Positions 40,153-52,323 of a stretch of 64,000 nucleotides of DNA are shown here, piece after piece. The DNA is from Camelus ferus. Lineage: Eukaryota. Position numbers and translations under genes: made by a program. The notes beneath the pieces are model-generated. The model was not told the origin of the DNA and searched no databases. It saw nothing but the letters and a program-made list of their open reading frames with translations. The stretch spans positions 108,192,001-108,256,000 of the forward strand of contig NC_045697.1 of assembly GCF_009834535.1 (NCBI RefSeq). Reading direction: 5' to 3'. Position 1 is the stretch's first letter. Each line of letters opens with the position of its first letter.

Positions 40153-42289
40153 GAGAGCCCTTCACCTGACTCCATAACACATGGAAGGGAGCACCAACGG
40201 AATTAACATTCTTGTCTGTGCACCCAGAATAAAATGTCACTGAGTGAGTAAGAAAGTAAGAAAGCGATTACTTCCAAGGCTGAATGAGCAAACTAGCTAG
40301 GCAGATGGGGAAGTCTTGTTGTACTACTGATTTGGGGGGGGGCTATTTTCCCTTGTCTTTCTGTTTCTTCCTGCCTCCTCCAGGCTTCCTGAGGGCCTGG
40401 GTTTGCAGTAATGAGTGTGTTTGGGGGAACAGATCCTGAGAAAGCACCGACCTCTTTTTAGAATTTGCAATTTGGTTTTTAAATGTTGCTGTACTGCAGG
40501 AAGGCACTGCAGGAAAAGGCACAGCAGATAAGAGAGATTTTTTGGAAAATGCTGTTCACAGCTCTCATCTGGGTAAGACTTGTTCTCAAGGTTTATTTCT
40601 ACTGCCGAGTAAGACCATGGGCAGGAACGTGCCCAGAGTTTTACTTTGCGTACCAGCTGGATCCGAACCTTTAGCTACTGAGTCCACATCTGACATCACA
40701 GCCGATCAGAAAGCTGCTGGTTTTCTCCTGGGAGAGATGAGGCCCAGCCTTCTCTGAAGGGATGAGAGGGGAACAGACTCTGAGAGGCTGAGTTCCTTAC
40801 AAAAAGCTGGTGTGCGTGACCACGTGCCTGTGAGTGTGTGCTGGGTTGCCGGCATTGAGAAGAGAAAAGTCCTGGAGCAAAATGACTTTTCTAAAGAACA
40901 TCACCTACCTTGTGCACCTGTCACTCTGGCCATAGAACAGAGCAAACCAGGAAAAGGAAAGCTCTAGTCCCTGATAAACTAACGTAAATGACCCCATGCC
41001 TCAAAGTCACTCCAAACTTGAGGCCAATCAGAATGGGCTTGGGGTACCAGGTGATTATGAAACGCACAGCTTTCTCCGAATCTTCTGTAATGGGGAGCTG
41101 CAAGCCAGCTAGTGCTGGGTTGGTTGCAAAACAGCCAGGACTTGCCAACCCAGGCTCAGGTACTGGGAATGAGAAGAGGGTTGGCTTCAGCCCAGGTCAC
41201 CGCCCTTGGGTCCCTCCCCCTTCCCCTTGTGCTCTCTTTGCAGAGATTTTCAGTCGATTACTGCATCTCCCCATTAAAGTAAATAGTGCTTTCCCGAGAG
41301 CACATCTTCGATATGTCTGCAATTGCACCATAGCCAACTAATGTGTAATGCTGGAGTTTAATAGTCTATTAAAACACAGCGCTGCACATTAAAATCTCTA
41401 CTGTATCACTGCAGATCCTACTTAACAAAGCCGCGGTCCCCAGAAAGCACTCTTCACTCGCTGAGAGTTGCTGCAACACAACTGCGGAAGTCTTTCATGG
41501 CAGAAAAATGTAAAAGGGAAAAGGGGTGGAGAAGGGACCAATAAACACCTCCCTTCCTCCCCCCCGCCCCCGCAGAGCAGCCCCTTCCCCTGCCCGGAAG
41601 GACCAGAATCTGCCGGTGCCCTGGATGGCATCTGGAAATTCTTGGAGTTTAATACCAAATCCCTTCAGATCCAATCTCATTACTCAGATCTTTATTTGGA
41701 AGCACTTCAGTTTCCCTCCTCTCCTTCTTGGAGAGAAACAGGGTTCAGGAAAGCTGCCCGCAGCCGGGAAAATACACCAATGGCTCCTCCCTCTAGAACA
41801 ATCGCTGAGGCGGAGGAATTCTTCAAACAGCTGTAAATCCTCCCACCCACGTCTCCCTCCTTCAGAAACTACAACATATCCCCACATCAAAGCCTCCCTT
41901 CAGCTGCCAAGAGAAAGAATCAATAGTTTAACAGAAAGGAAGCAACGTGGCTGCTGAGTGTGTGGTGTAAACACCTGCACGGCAAATAACCCACACGTCA
42001 CCTTAGAAACGGGAGAAGCAGGTTCTCAGTTTCTGAGGTGCCCCGCCGAGGCGTTCCCGCAGGTGAGCCGTCAGAAGACCAGCAGCGGCTTTGCTGCAGA
42101 GTCCGGAAAGCCGAGGAAGATGAAGAGATGTGAGGCTGGGGATTTGAGGGTGGGACGGCCAGAGCCAAAGTCCTGGGGAGAGAAATCAAGTGGAGAAATG
42201 TGGGACGGGCATCGGGAGCTCTGCCAAGATCCGTCGCCGCCAGCCACTGATGGCCGAAACCTTGGCATCTTCCTCCCCATGAGAAGGAA

Positions 42290-42427
42290 ACCAGAATATG
42301 TCACTCCCAAAACATGTCCTTTGACATAAAAACTCTTTTGAGCTGAAGGCAGTTCAAAAAAAGAGCAGTAGATGTAGAAAAAACTTCCCCCTTTCTGCCT
42401 GAAGGCAGGAAATAAATTCTCCCTTGG
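42290..42427 (+). mobile_element. 5' part of an ERV1-class (MER34-like) LTR
   Basis: gaatatgtcactcccaaa...ttttgagctgaagg, similar to 29115-29170. Confidence 0.55.
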
Positions 42428-42740
42428 AAACACACTCCATAGACAGAATGCGGGCCATCTTACTCAGAAGGGAGCGTGACTACTGAGGTGCAGGGTTGTT
42501 GGCTTTTATGGGCTTGGTAACTTCATATGCTAGCGACTAGGAGGATTATTCCAACTACTTTGGGGAAGGGGCTGGGATTCCCAGGAACCGGGCCATCACT
42601 CACTTTTTGACCTTTTATGGTCAGCCTTGAAACTCTCATGGCACCTGTGGGAGTGCCATTCACCATGCTAATACATTACAATCAGTGTATAATGAAGGTC
42701 AAGGTCTACTGGAAGTCAAATCTCCCACTGTCTTGGACTT
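42428..42740 (-). mobile_element. ERV1-class LTR, same family as 28396-28760
   Basis: Shared blocks cactttttgaccttttatggtca, acacactccatagacag and aaggtctactgga, in reverse orientation. Confidence 0.75.
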
Positions 42741-45700
42741 CAAGGTCTACTAGGAGTTGAATTTTCTGCCGTCTTTGTGCAAATTGCTGTGTCATTCTCT
42801 CGATGGTTGTGCCCTGCTCCCTTCCCTGCTGTCTCAAAAGGAGAAATAAAGAACTAGAAGGACAAAGGGATTTCCAAAGGGAAGGGTGATGTTTTCCTCT
42901 GGTTTTCAATCCAGTACGAAGGTGCTGGGGCTCTGCTCAGGAAGACCCTGTGTCAGGGAGGGGCCTTCAGTGGGTCAGTGGCTTCCCCAAGCATTATCTC
43001 GTTGAGTCCTTACAATGACCCTTCCAGACAGATTAAAATGATAGAGATGGAGAAGTTGAGGCAGAAATGGGTTAAGTAATGGGCGCCAGATGCACACCAG
43101 CAAGGGGCAAAAATTAGTATTTCAGTATAGTTCCTCTGATCATCTCCTCATATGACATCATGGGGCCAGTTAGCCCATTAAAAACAAGAAGATAATGGAT
43201 AAGCCTATGTCTTCTCCCTCAAGCCATGTAAAACCTAGGAGATGGAGGAACAAAGTCCAGGAATGCCTATTGTACAAAGAAGCAACAAGAAAGGACAAAA
43301 CTAGTGTTTTCAGGAAGACAGCAACTGCCTCTGAGTTTTCTGAGGGGAGCAGGGTGTCAGTAAGCTAGTCCTGTCCACTGCTCCGGGTCCCCCACAGTCA
43401 TAAGTCTAGAAATGACCCAGATCCTCAAACAGGGTTTTGCTGTGTCCCACCCAGGAAGGCCCCAGAGTTCCCCCACTGGCCTCGTTCCGGGATGAGGGGC
43501 TGGGGAGGCAGTCTGGAGGGCACTGAGGGGACCAGGAGAGGAGGGGGAAGTGGAAGAGATCCTCAAGTGGTAAAGAGATGAACGGTTGGGCTGGCAGCCA
43601 GAGCTGATTTCTCCTCACCTCTCTCCACGCTAGTGACTGATAATTGTACCTGTTTGTCTTTGTGTGAAGAGCTTCCCAATTGAAGAAGTGAGAAACCCAG
43701 GGAAAGGGCTTTCGGGGAGGAGCTGCTGCACCCTTATCTCTGCCCCCCAGCTGTGAGGCTGATTGATGCTATTAAAATTCCAAGGGAGTCTCTCTCTGCC
43801 AGCACTCCTGGTGGTGCTGGATGAGGTGAAAGAGAGAGGGATGGGGAGAGAGAGAGAGAGAGAGGGAGAAGCAGCCTGTGAAATGCTTGTAGATTCCCTT
43901 CCCCAAAATTGTCCAGGTGGGAAGGCTGATAACCGAGGAATGAAAATGCATGACCTGGGGGATTCCGGGGCTCTGCCCGTGAAATAGCGGGGTAGGTGCT
44001 GTCTAAAGACCAAGGCCTAAGAGACTCTCAGTTGCTAACTTAGATGCAAGAATTCAGAACCATAGCTCTACATTAGAATAATCAAATTAAATGCAGAAGT
44101 CTCATCCCTCTGGCTCCTCTTTTGGTTGCCAAGACAGAACTGGAGCAGAGTTAAGCAATGAAAGATCTGAGCTCAAGTCTGCCTGCTGTGTGACCTTGGG
44201 AGGACCTTGGTCATCCCTTAATGACCCCGTTCATCTAGATTGTTCCTTGTCAACTTCAGTCTTGTTATTAAAAACAAGGGATGGCGAGGGGAAGGCACTT
44301 TGCAGTCTGGAGTGCACTGTGAGTAATGCAGTATTTGTCACAACCCAGGTTTGGCCTGAAAGGTCCAAACCACGGGCCGTTTTCAGCGGGTACCAACCAT
44401 CTTGCCCAAGCTGCTCTGGCTCCCTTGTAACTGACTTCACGGGGATCCGTCAGCCCGCAGTCCAGGAGGTCTCAGATGCCCTTGGCAGTTTTCATGGGGC
44501 TCTGCCAGGGAAAAGCCGACGAATTTACTCCCAAAAGACCAACATGTGACCAACAGAGGGATCCCTCAAACCCCTGACCCCTAAATGAGTGCTTTGTCGG
44601 CAAGTCCCACACAGGAATGAGGGCTGGAAGAGAAACTGCAGTGTGTGTTGCTTTTCCTCTGGCCAGGCAAGTGGAATGGGCCAGGGAACACCTTTAAAAG
44701 GGACTCTGGCCCCTCTCTGCCAAGGAGCGGCCTCGTCCTGCCCTTGTCCCAGGGGTGCCCAGTTTGACATCTTCTGGTCCCCTCGCCAAGGGTGCGTAAT
44801 GGTCTATCCTTAGAACTAACTGGACAGACAGCGCAGCATCAGGTGCCCTCTCTAGGTCTCCCTGGGCCCTTTCGGGTGGGTAGGTTGAGGAGTAGACCAG
44901 CATTTCTCATCACCAACCACTGTGACTGGTTTTATGAGCACTCTTCTCTGAGTGTGCTTTCTCATTGGGAAAGCACCTATGTGCCTCTGCACACTTTGAT
45001 TCCCCGAGGTGGAGATCCTGGCCCCGTGGTTCCCCTTCTGCCTCCCTCACTGCTCTCTGCCCCAGGTTCCTGATGCACAAAATGCTCAGGTGCCCCAGCT
45101 CTGCCCCCTCAGTCCCTCCCTCCCAGGAACACAGTCTGCTCCTCAGACCTTGGCCATCCACCCCTGCACCCCACCACCCCGCTTTGTGCTTTTCCTTCTT
45201 TTACTGAAACCGATTCCGTGGAAAGGAAACCCATTGAACCCATTGTACTGGGGCACAGCCTTTGTGTTCCTTCTCTGATTTCCTTAGCCGAAGCTGCTCC
45301 CCCACCCCTCTTCTCTCCCTCCTGTCCTTCCCCCTCCTCCCCCCTTCCCCCTCCTCCCCCTCCACCCCAACTCCAATTTCACTTTCTCCTTCTCTCTCTC
45401 TCTCAGTGCCCCACCTGTTCTGCTTTCGGAGTTGAATGAAACATCACCGTGTAAGGTGTGGGATTTGGTTTCTGAGACAAGGGTATGAATGATACAGACT
45501 CGGGGAGGGGCTCCCTCTGGGGTGAAACTTGACAGGCAGGAGATGGGAGGGAGCCCCACGGACAGACCCTTCCCCTCTTTCCCTCCTGTGAGCTCTGCTG
45601 AGGCACAAGGTGTGTTTCCTCTGGCAACGGCTCCAGAGACATCCTGGTGTCAAGCCTCTCGCCGTCCGGGCTGACCCTGGCCAGCGCAGAAGCTAAACTC

Positions 45701-46342
45701 CTGCAGAACCCCTTCTCACCTTGACTTGCCCAGCTCCCTGTGACCTTCCCCGCTCTGCTTACACCTCCCAATTTTTTGCTTCAATCTCTACTTTCCCAGA
45801 GACCAAGACACCCCTTTTAGTTTACTGTGACATAAGGCACTCCCTCATTTGCTGCTCCAGAGGTATTCGAGACATCTCTAACTGCAGCCTCGGTATTTGT
45901 TCATTAAAGAAGAGCTGTGAGACTGGAGCTCAGAGGCGAGGCCCCTCCCTTGCTCTGAAAGACCCTCTTGCGAACACTCTTTCCTCCTGCGGGGAAACAG
46001 GCTACTCTTCTATATACAAAGTTCCAAGCTTTTCAAAGACTGGCAGGCCTGGAGCACAGAGTGCTTCCTGGGGTGGGATTTAGGGAGCAGAGTCTGGCGA
46101 GGCTTTTCCAGGCTGGGAGAAGCTTGGCAAAGGCTCTTTTCTGTTCATTGACTCAAACACTTGCTCAGAAAGAAGAAATCATAGCAGGCACAGTTCAGCC
46201 TCTCAAGGACGTCAGTTTTTTCTCTCACTCTCTCTTAAGACAATATAATCGATGAAAGGATTGAGAAAAAATGAACTGCGGAGTGCATAAGGAGTCTGGA
46301 GATGGACTTTTGATCTACGTGGCTTCTCTCATTGAGGTTTAC

Positions 46343-46511
46343 TTTTGTTTGCGTTTTGGAAGATGGGCTGTGTTCACAGCAGCCCACCAGCCCATGAGCT
46401 CACAGAGGCAGGCAGTGGAGGGAGCCAGCTGGTCCTCCCCTCGCCTGCTCCGGCTCTCTGCAGTTCCATCTGAGCCTGCCCAGAGGCAGCGGTCAGCTCT
46501 GCAGCCAGTAC
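46343..46511 (-). pseudogene. Candidate remnant exon matching the alpha-catenin C-terminal actin-binding domain
   Basis: Acceptor ttcttatttgccag|; frames give NCREP..., EDQLA and LHCLPL*AHGLVGC versus recalled CTNNA1 HCPDS...QDLLAYLQRIALYCHQLNIC; frameshifts and stops present. Confidence 0.45.
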
Positions 46512-46829
46512 CTGGCAAATAAGAACATCTCGTAGTACAAATTGCAGAAACTGGTGTCTCCCTCTGCCCTCCTGGAAATGAAGACCACGCAGAGGAGGAA
46601 CACTGAATGCATGACGGACGCGGTTTCTGTTTCAGTCTCTGGGTGTTGTGTTTTGTGGATTCAGGGAAGACAGCAGGAGGGACGAGACAGAATGAGCTGG
46701 ACATTGATTCGGTCTGGCCATGTGGACCAAGGAAGGCAATTTCAGCCACTGAAAGACAGAAATGTCACGTGGATGCGTGCACGGCCCTGCTAACGAGACC
46801 TAGATCCCAGCAAGCCCCAAACCTAGCTC

Positions 46830-47590
46830 ATCACCTTCCCTCTGTGGCGGTCCTTCCCCCAACCCATGGCACTGCCATCCACCCTGTCTCAGCCGAGTGC
46901 CAGGAGCTCAGGTCCTTCCTGACCACCCCCTGCTTTCTCCCCACATCCCATCACTAGATCCTATCAGTTTTGTTGTATAAGATTATAAGATCTCTAGAAT
47001 CATCTCTCCTCCCATCCCTACTTTTCCAGCCTAGTCCAGCACCATCACCCCTCACCTGGACGAACCGCAACGGCATCCTTCCTGCTCTGTTCACACCCCA
47101 TCCTGACTCTGCAGCAAAATTAACCTTCCTGGAAAATACAAATCGGATTATTAATCCTCCCGTTGTAAAGCCCTCAAATGTCTTCCCATTGCCCTCTAAG
47201 TTCCCCTGAAGCCTCGGTAAGTTTGAGGCCAAGTCCCAAGGTCCTTAACCGACACCTCCTGTGCCGTCTTTTCTCAGTGCGGTCCCGCCCACCTGCCCTG
47301 CCCAACCCCACCCTCCTCCTTTCTCTCCACTCCCGGTCCTTTCAGCTTTTCACGTGCTCCACACTTGCCCTGGAGCTTTTGAATACATTGTTCCCTCTGC
47401 CTGAGAGGGCCTTGCTTGCTCTGTTCCCCTTCATAGCACTCCTTAAGCTTGGCGTTATTTATTTATCTAATTCTTGTATCCTTCAGTCTCCCATGCCTAC
47501 ATGGAGGAAGGCACTACATCTCTTTTACTCACCTCTGTTCTCCTTAGCATCCAACACAATATCTGATGCCTACGAGATGCTCAAAAAAAT
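46830..47590 (+). mobile_element. L2
   Basis: ggcactgccatccacc, ccatcacccctcacctggac, gttccctctgcctg, degraded 3' terminus. Confidence 0.75.
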
Positions 47591-48154
47591 TATATATATT
47601 TTATATGTGTACATGTAAAATGGAAGAGATTTAGTGAAACTGCTTTTGAACTGGAAAGGCGATATAACACTGCTGGTTTTTATTCCCGCTTTCCAGCTCA
47701 GGACAAGCAGGACAGAATCTTCTATTATCATTTGGGCTTGAGTGGAACTTATTTATATCTGTGTGTTAAGGCTTCCAGGCATTTGCATCTTAAGCTTTTT
47801 ATTTATACCTGCAGAATGAAGGGATTTGTGCTTCTTTAAAGGAATTTCTGGCGATAGTCAGCAGGTGGGTTCATTAAGGAGGAAACAGAACTCTGACATC
47901 CCTATTTTTATTTCTTATTTTGAGTTTAGAAACTGAAAAAGGAGACAAGCAGCTGAGGTCAAGGAAAGAAAGTAGGGGCCCACATTCTGGCTTTGGGGTT
48001 CTTTTTTCACCCCTCTCATGAGGCAGAACCCTATGTTCCCCACCTGAATGGGAGGGGGCTGCTGGGAAGGTGGCTTGTGGAGTAGGGAGTACCAGGGACA
48101 CCCTGACACCCTAAGTTCAAACCCTCTATTAACCCTGGGACTTTGTTTTTTGAT

Positions 48155-48171
48155 GTGTGTGTGTGTATAAG

Positions 48172-48202
<31 letters not shown>
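48155..48202. repeat. (TG)n microsatellite, interrupted
   Basis: Direct observation. Confidence 0.95.
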
Positions 48203-48205
<3 letters not shown>

Positions 48206-48429
48206 CTCACGAGTGTGTTTATTCATGCAGGAGGGCAGCATCAGGACGTCTACAAGTCAACGTGATGTCCCACGTTCCCACCCAACACAGCCAGACTGAC
48301 GTTCCATCCACGTGAAGCTGGTTAATGGGGACGGTGAGCAGGCGCAGGACTGGAAGCTTTCAAGGCTTTACTTATTTCATCAGCACTCCTGATTTTAGGA
48401 ACGATAGAGTCCGTCAACCCCATTCCTAC

Positions 48430-48587
48430 CTAAATCTCCTGGTAAACTTGGGCATAGTAGTGCTTTATGAGGGTCCAAACATTCTTAATAAGACTTTGAA
48501 GGATCTCGGTGCAGGACCAAATGGCTCAGGTGGCCCCAACCCACAACCAACCACTCAAAAATGTCACTGAGTGCCCCAGTGCATGGC
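48430..48587 (-). pseudogene. Candidate remnant exon matching the start of the alpha-catenin C-terminal domain
   Basis: Donor AG|gtagga (phase 2); WSCTEILQSLIKNVWTLIK /frameshift/ MPKFTR versus recalled WDDSGNDIIVLAKQMCMIMMEMTDFTR; acceptor uncertain. Confidence 0.35.
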
Positions 48588-49771
48588 CTGCCAGGTAACC
48601 CTGCGCCTTGGAACAGCCACTTGGTTTGTGCCTCAGTGTCCTCATTTGTAAAGCAGAGATCAGATCCCTGCCCTCAGGATTATTGGGAGGATTAAAGGAG
48701 ATAATGTGTTAGAAAATCTGTTGTAAGTTGCAAATATGAATGAAAGGTGATATGATGACCCCCTAAACCAAGCATCCCCAACACAGAAATTAGGGCTGAT
48801 GCTTCTTTACTGTGAGCTGCCGCCACCTATGTGGCCTCATGCATGCGATCACATGTCAGCAGCTTCAAGATCAGCACTGAGTAGCGGCATCTCTCCCTCC
48901 TCCCGTGGTCCTTAAACCCATGGATGGACCCTAGTCCTCTTACATCCCTAGTAACTAGCAATGTCAGACACCCAGTGCACGCTGAATCGATGTTTGTTGA
49001 ATGAGTATACGGTGGGCAGCAAGGAGGAGGGTCTGCAGGAAGAGGTCACTAGGGGAGGGGTGGGCTAGACCCCTAGAGAGGTTTACATTTTCTAAAAAGT
49101 CAGGAGAACAACTAAGGGCACCAAATTAACTAAGGGGTACCCTGCTAACTGCCTTGGCTCACGCTCCATCTCCTAGAACTCTCCTGGCCTGGGGCCAGCT
49201 TCAGGGATGGGAAGGGGCGGGCAGAAACTCTTTGTCTAGGCCTAACTCAGCAGCAGTGAGCTCTCCTTGCGAGGAGGAGGGGCGGTGGTGGCCCTGCTGA
49301 GCTGCTGGAGGGGAGATATAAGAAGAAAACCCAGATTTCCAGATTTGGGAGCCTTTCCAGAGATGCATGCCCTGGTCTCACCCCCAAATAAAGCTGACAG
49401 AGCCAAATACAAAGAACCATTTCTTCCCAGTCCCCTGAAACCTACCAAACATCCAGCCAGCCATTAAGTATCTGTTAAGTCCCTGCTGCGCGCTGACCTA
49501 GGTTCTGGAGCGCCGTAGAATGAGTCGCACCCGGTGCTGGTCTCAGGCAGGCGGAGTGTAACTTCTCTTCTGTGGGGAAAACCCAGTGGGAAGGGAGCCC
49601 CCAGCGTGGGACCTGGCGGGGGAAGAACACAGCCCCTGCCACCCGGCAAACCTGGCGTTGTCACCTCTCTCTCCACTCCTCTTGTGCATCCTTGGCCTGT
49701 GGGTGCCAAAGGTACATAGTGCCAGTGTTACCCCAAAAGGGGAAGGGAAAAGACCCCCATTCTTGTCATAC

Positions 49772-50271
49772 CTGAAAGATAAGAATTCAGACAGGAGACA
49801 AAATATTGTGTAGGGAAAGATTTTAAAGGTTTTTTTTTAGAAAAGGGAAAGCACACTTCCAAAAATGGGAGGCGGGCTGATCCAAGGGTGATAGCAGTGG
49901 TCTTTGCACCTTCTCTGACACCCTCCCTTAGAGGTGGTCTCTTAACTGATTGACAGCTCTTGCCCCTGGAATGTTTAGTCATGCTCGTCCCCTTTTGCAC
50001 ATGTCCTTACCTATGATGCACACAGAAAAACCCAAGGAGAGTGCAAACCACAATGCTAATTATATTACCATGAGCACTGGGTCATGTCCAGTTAGGTCCT
50101 TGTTGCTACCACACAGTTGCGGCTGTCAGGTTCTAACTGGTTTCTTGCTGGCGCTCGTTTAGAGGAAGTAAAGAGCTTCATGCTAGAGGTGGGCACAATG
50201 CCATCTTCTGGACTGTCCTCCCTCTCCTCCACCTGTCTGCCCGGTGCCCCTACTTATCTAACCACCTAATA
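49772..50271 (-). mobile_element. ERV1-class solo LTR
   Basis: gataagaattcagacaggagacaaaa start, ccacaatgctaattatatt, ends ctaaccacctaata. Confidence 0.55.
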
Positions 50272-50479
50272 CCAGGGACCCAGGGGACACCCTCGAACCC
50301 TCCACCTTGCTGGGAAATTACAAATCACCCAATAGGATGCTGGCCGTGCAGCAATCTTTTGGAACAACTCAAAAGCTTTCTGCAGCAAATTCTTCCCAGA
50401 ACTGACAAATAAGGAATGAACAAAAAGCTAGTTTTTAAAGGGAAATGGTTTTCTATTGTGAACTGAAAGGAGGTGTCCG

Positions 50480-51635
50480 TGCAGAATGGAACCCATTTGT
50501 CGATGCTCCTTGAGGCCTGGGGGGTGATGATCTAGATGTGTCTCCAGGGTCCGGGAAGAATGGTCTGAAGGCCCACCTTCCCCACTGGCTGCCTCTTCCT
50601 AATGCAGCATCCAAGTTTTAGGCGGTATGGTTGGGGGCAGAGAGAGAATGGCCCCAAACTGGACAGCTGAGTGTTCTTCAGCTGACAGAAGATCACTTCA
50701 GGGCAGAGGCAGCAGCTCCAGAAGAAGAAGATGGTGGTCATTGCGCAGCAGGTCCTGGGCCCCATATTGAATCTCTCTTGCCCTTTTTCCCACCGGCAAA
50801 GCGAGAGACTGCTTGTCATCTGAAGAGATTGCCTCGAGCACCAGTGTTGACAGAAACTTCTCTGTCAGAGCCACTTTCTCAATGCAGTTAATAAGCAAGG
50901 GCTGCCACAGGCCCCCAGCCAGCCCCGCGCAGGCCTGGATGGCACCTGAGGGAGGTGTTGCCATGGTCTGGCTGAGTCCTTCCAGCTCCATTTTTGGACA
51001 CACTACAGCCAACTGACTTTCAGCAAGGAGCCCCTCTACTCCCAGAGCTGGTCGGCAGGCAGCCTGCCTGCAAGGCCTTTCTTCCCGGGCCTTGAGAAAA
51101 GGACCCAGAGATGCTGTCTCCGCTCATGCGTGCAGAGTCTTTGAACAAAGAAGCCTGTGTGAGCTGCAACAGCAGTGTCTGTGGGTCCCAGGGCCTGGGC
51201 ATCGCTGGGAACCCGGGCTGGAGGGCTCGCAGCGTGCACTGGAATACAGATTGCCCCCGAGCCTTTGGGGCTGAGCCCATCAGTGATGGGGCCTGGCTCT
51301 GGCAGCCCGACATCCGGCTGTCAACAGCTTGCAGGCCTGTTCGCAGCATGGCCAACATCCTGTTTGGTGATTTGACAAGAGTCCCAGGCGCTCTTTCCTC
51401 ATCAGAACTCAGGCCGGTGTGGGATGGCTTCATCTGGACGGCTGAGAGGTTCCCTGCCATGGGTCGGCTGCTTGCCCAGCTCAGAAGATGCAGCTGGAGG
51501 CTCGGTGAGAGCCCTCTACTTACTGCCCTCCATCCACAGACCCTCCTAGCCCAGGGGGACTCCATTCCAAGTGGAAAGATAGCTATCTATTATAAGATAC
51601 TGTCTTGGAAAAGAGCGGACACACTCCACCAGACT
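50480..51635 (-). pseudogene. Disabled large exon of a divergent alpha-catenin/vinculin-family gene (N2-M domains)
   Basis: Strong acceptor ttgattttcttacctttatcag| at 51636-7. Collinear motif matches to recalled CTNNA1: NGVPL/KNVPI, MAGNLSAVQ..GTL..N/VTGISNAAQ..GEL..N, MSG..A.S..R..V..C..ALQ/ISG..ADS..R..V..C..ALQ, LLLQLTQAS/PLLVLIEAA, SQLAVVCPKM/SQLEALCPQV, LINCIEKVALTEKFL..I..D/LTDAVDDITSIDDFL..I..D, TIPPK/TVMPR, GLKEHRQ/GIRDIRK. Frameshifts and stops at 50698-50700 and 50599-50601. Confidence 0.7.
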
Positions 51636-52208
51636 CTGATAAAGGTAAGAAAATCAAGGGATGGGCTCCTCCTTTATTTTTGCAGCAATCACACACCCCT
51701 AATCATAGTAACATCGCTGTGGGACCCTGTCTCAGGAGCACTGTCCAAGCCAGCAGGGATGCATTTAGTGCATTTTCCCCTGTAATTCAGCTCCAGCGCC
51801 TTTGTGTGAGCAGTTTGCGAAAGGAACACAGGTTTGCTGTTTGCTTGTATCCCACTCAGTAAAATCATACACAGGGGAAGTGTGTCCCTTCCCTGTTCCC
51901 ATCTCTGTAGGCTTGCTGCTCTCTTGTGTCCTTATTCTGCTGACACCTCCGTCTTCTCCCCATTTGTTGGGATTCTCCTGCCCTCTCTTCCTTCACCTAC
52001 CTTCCTGGGCCAGACCCCTCAAGTCCCCTCGATTCTCACCAAGCAAACTCCCAACCTGGGTGCACAGAAGCCCTCACAGCCTTTGCCCCTGTTCTGGCTC
52101 TGAGACTGAGCACTCCCAGGGAACGGACGCTCGGTATCGGCCAGGCCACCCTGAGTCCACGGCCGCCAACCTCCGCTGGGCCCTCAGTGCGGCCCACGTC
52201 ACCTTTAC

Positions 52209-52323
52209 CTGTCCCCGGAGAGCTCCCTCCTCTGTGCTCCAGGTGATCACCCTGAGTTTCCTGGCTCTCACCAGGGCTCCTGCCCAGCCTTCAGTCTCTT
52301 GTAGTCAGCACATAAACTTGACT
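52209..52323 (-). pseudogene. Candidate upstream remnant exon of the alpha-catenin-like gene (...EGALRGQ)
   Basis: Donor CAG|gtaaag, phase 0, compatible with the acceptor at 51635; ends ALRGQ versus recalled AKRQQ; acceptor poor. Confidence 0.25.

Noticed and set aside
45880..45990. Possible final catenin-like exon (SSSLMN versus AKNLMN) behind a good acceptor
   Set aside because: Match too weak to distinguish from chance.
48813..48838. CTCF-like motif (also 60004-60020)
   Set aside because: Spacing is off by one base relative to the CCASYAGRKGGCR core.
50631..50891. Plus-strand peptide QLSVL...RAE...EEDGGHC resembling MAB21/cGAS-like proteins
   Set aside because: Single short match with wrong spacing; the minus-strand catenin match is much longer and collinear.
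51111..51785. 224-aa plus-strand ORF
   Set aside because: Antisense shadow of the GC-rich catenin-like fossil exon; no recognisable protein features.
52130..52210. RGQVKVTWAALRAQRRLAAVD resembling catenin RGNMVRAARALLSAVTRLLILAD
   Set aside because: Conflicts with the alternative reading of the same segment and illustrates the noise of by-eye alignment.
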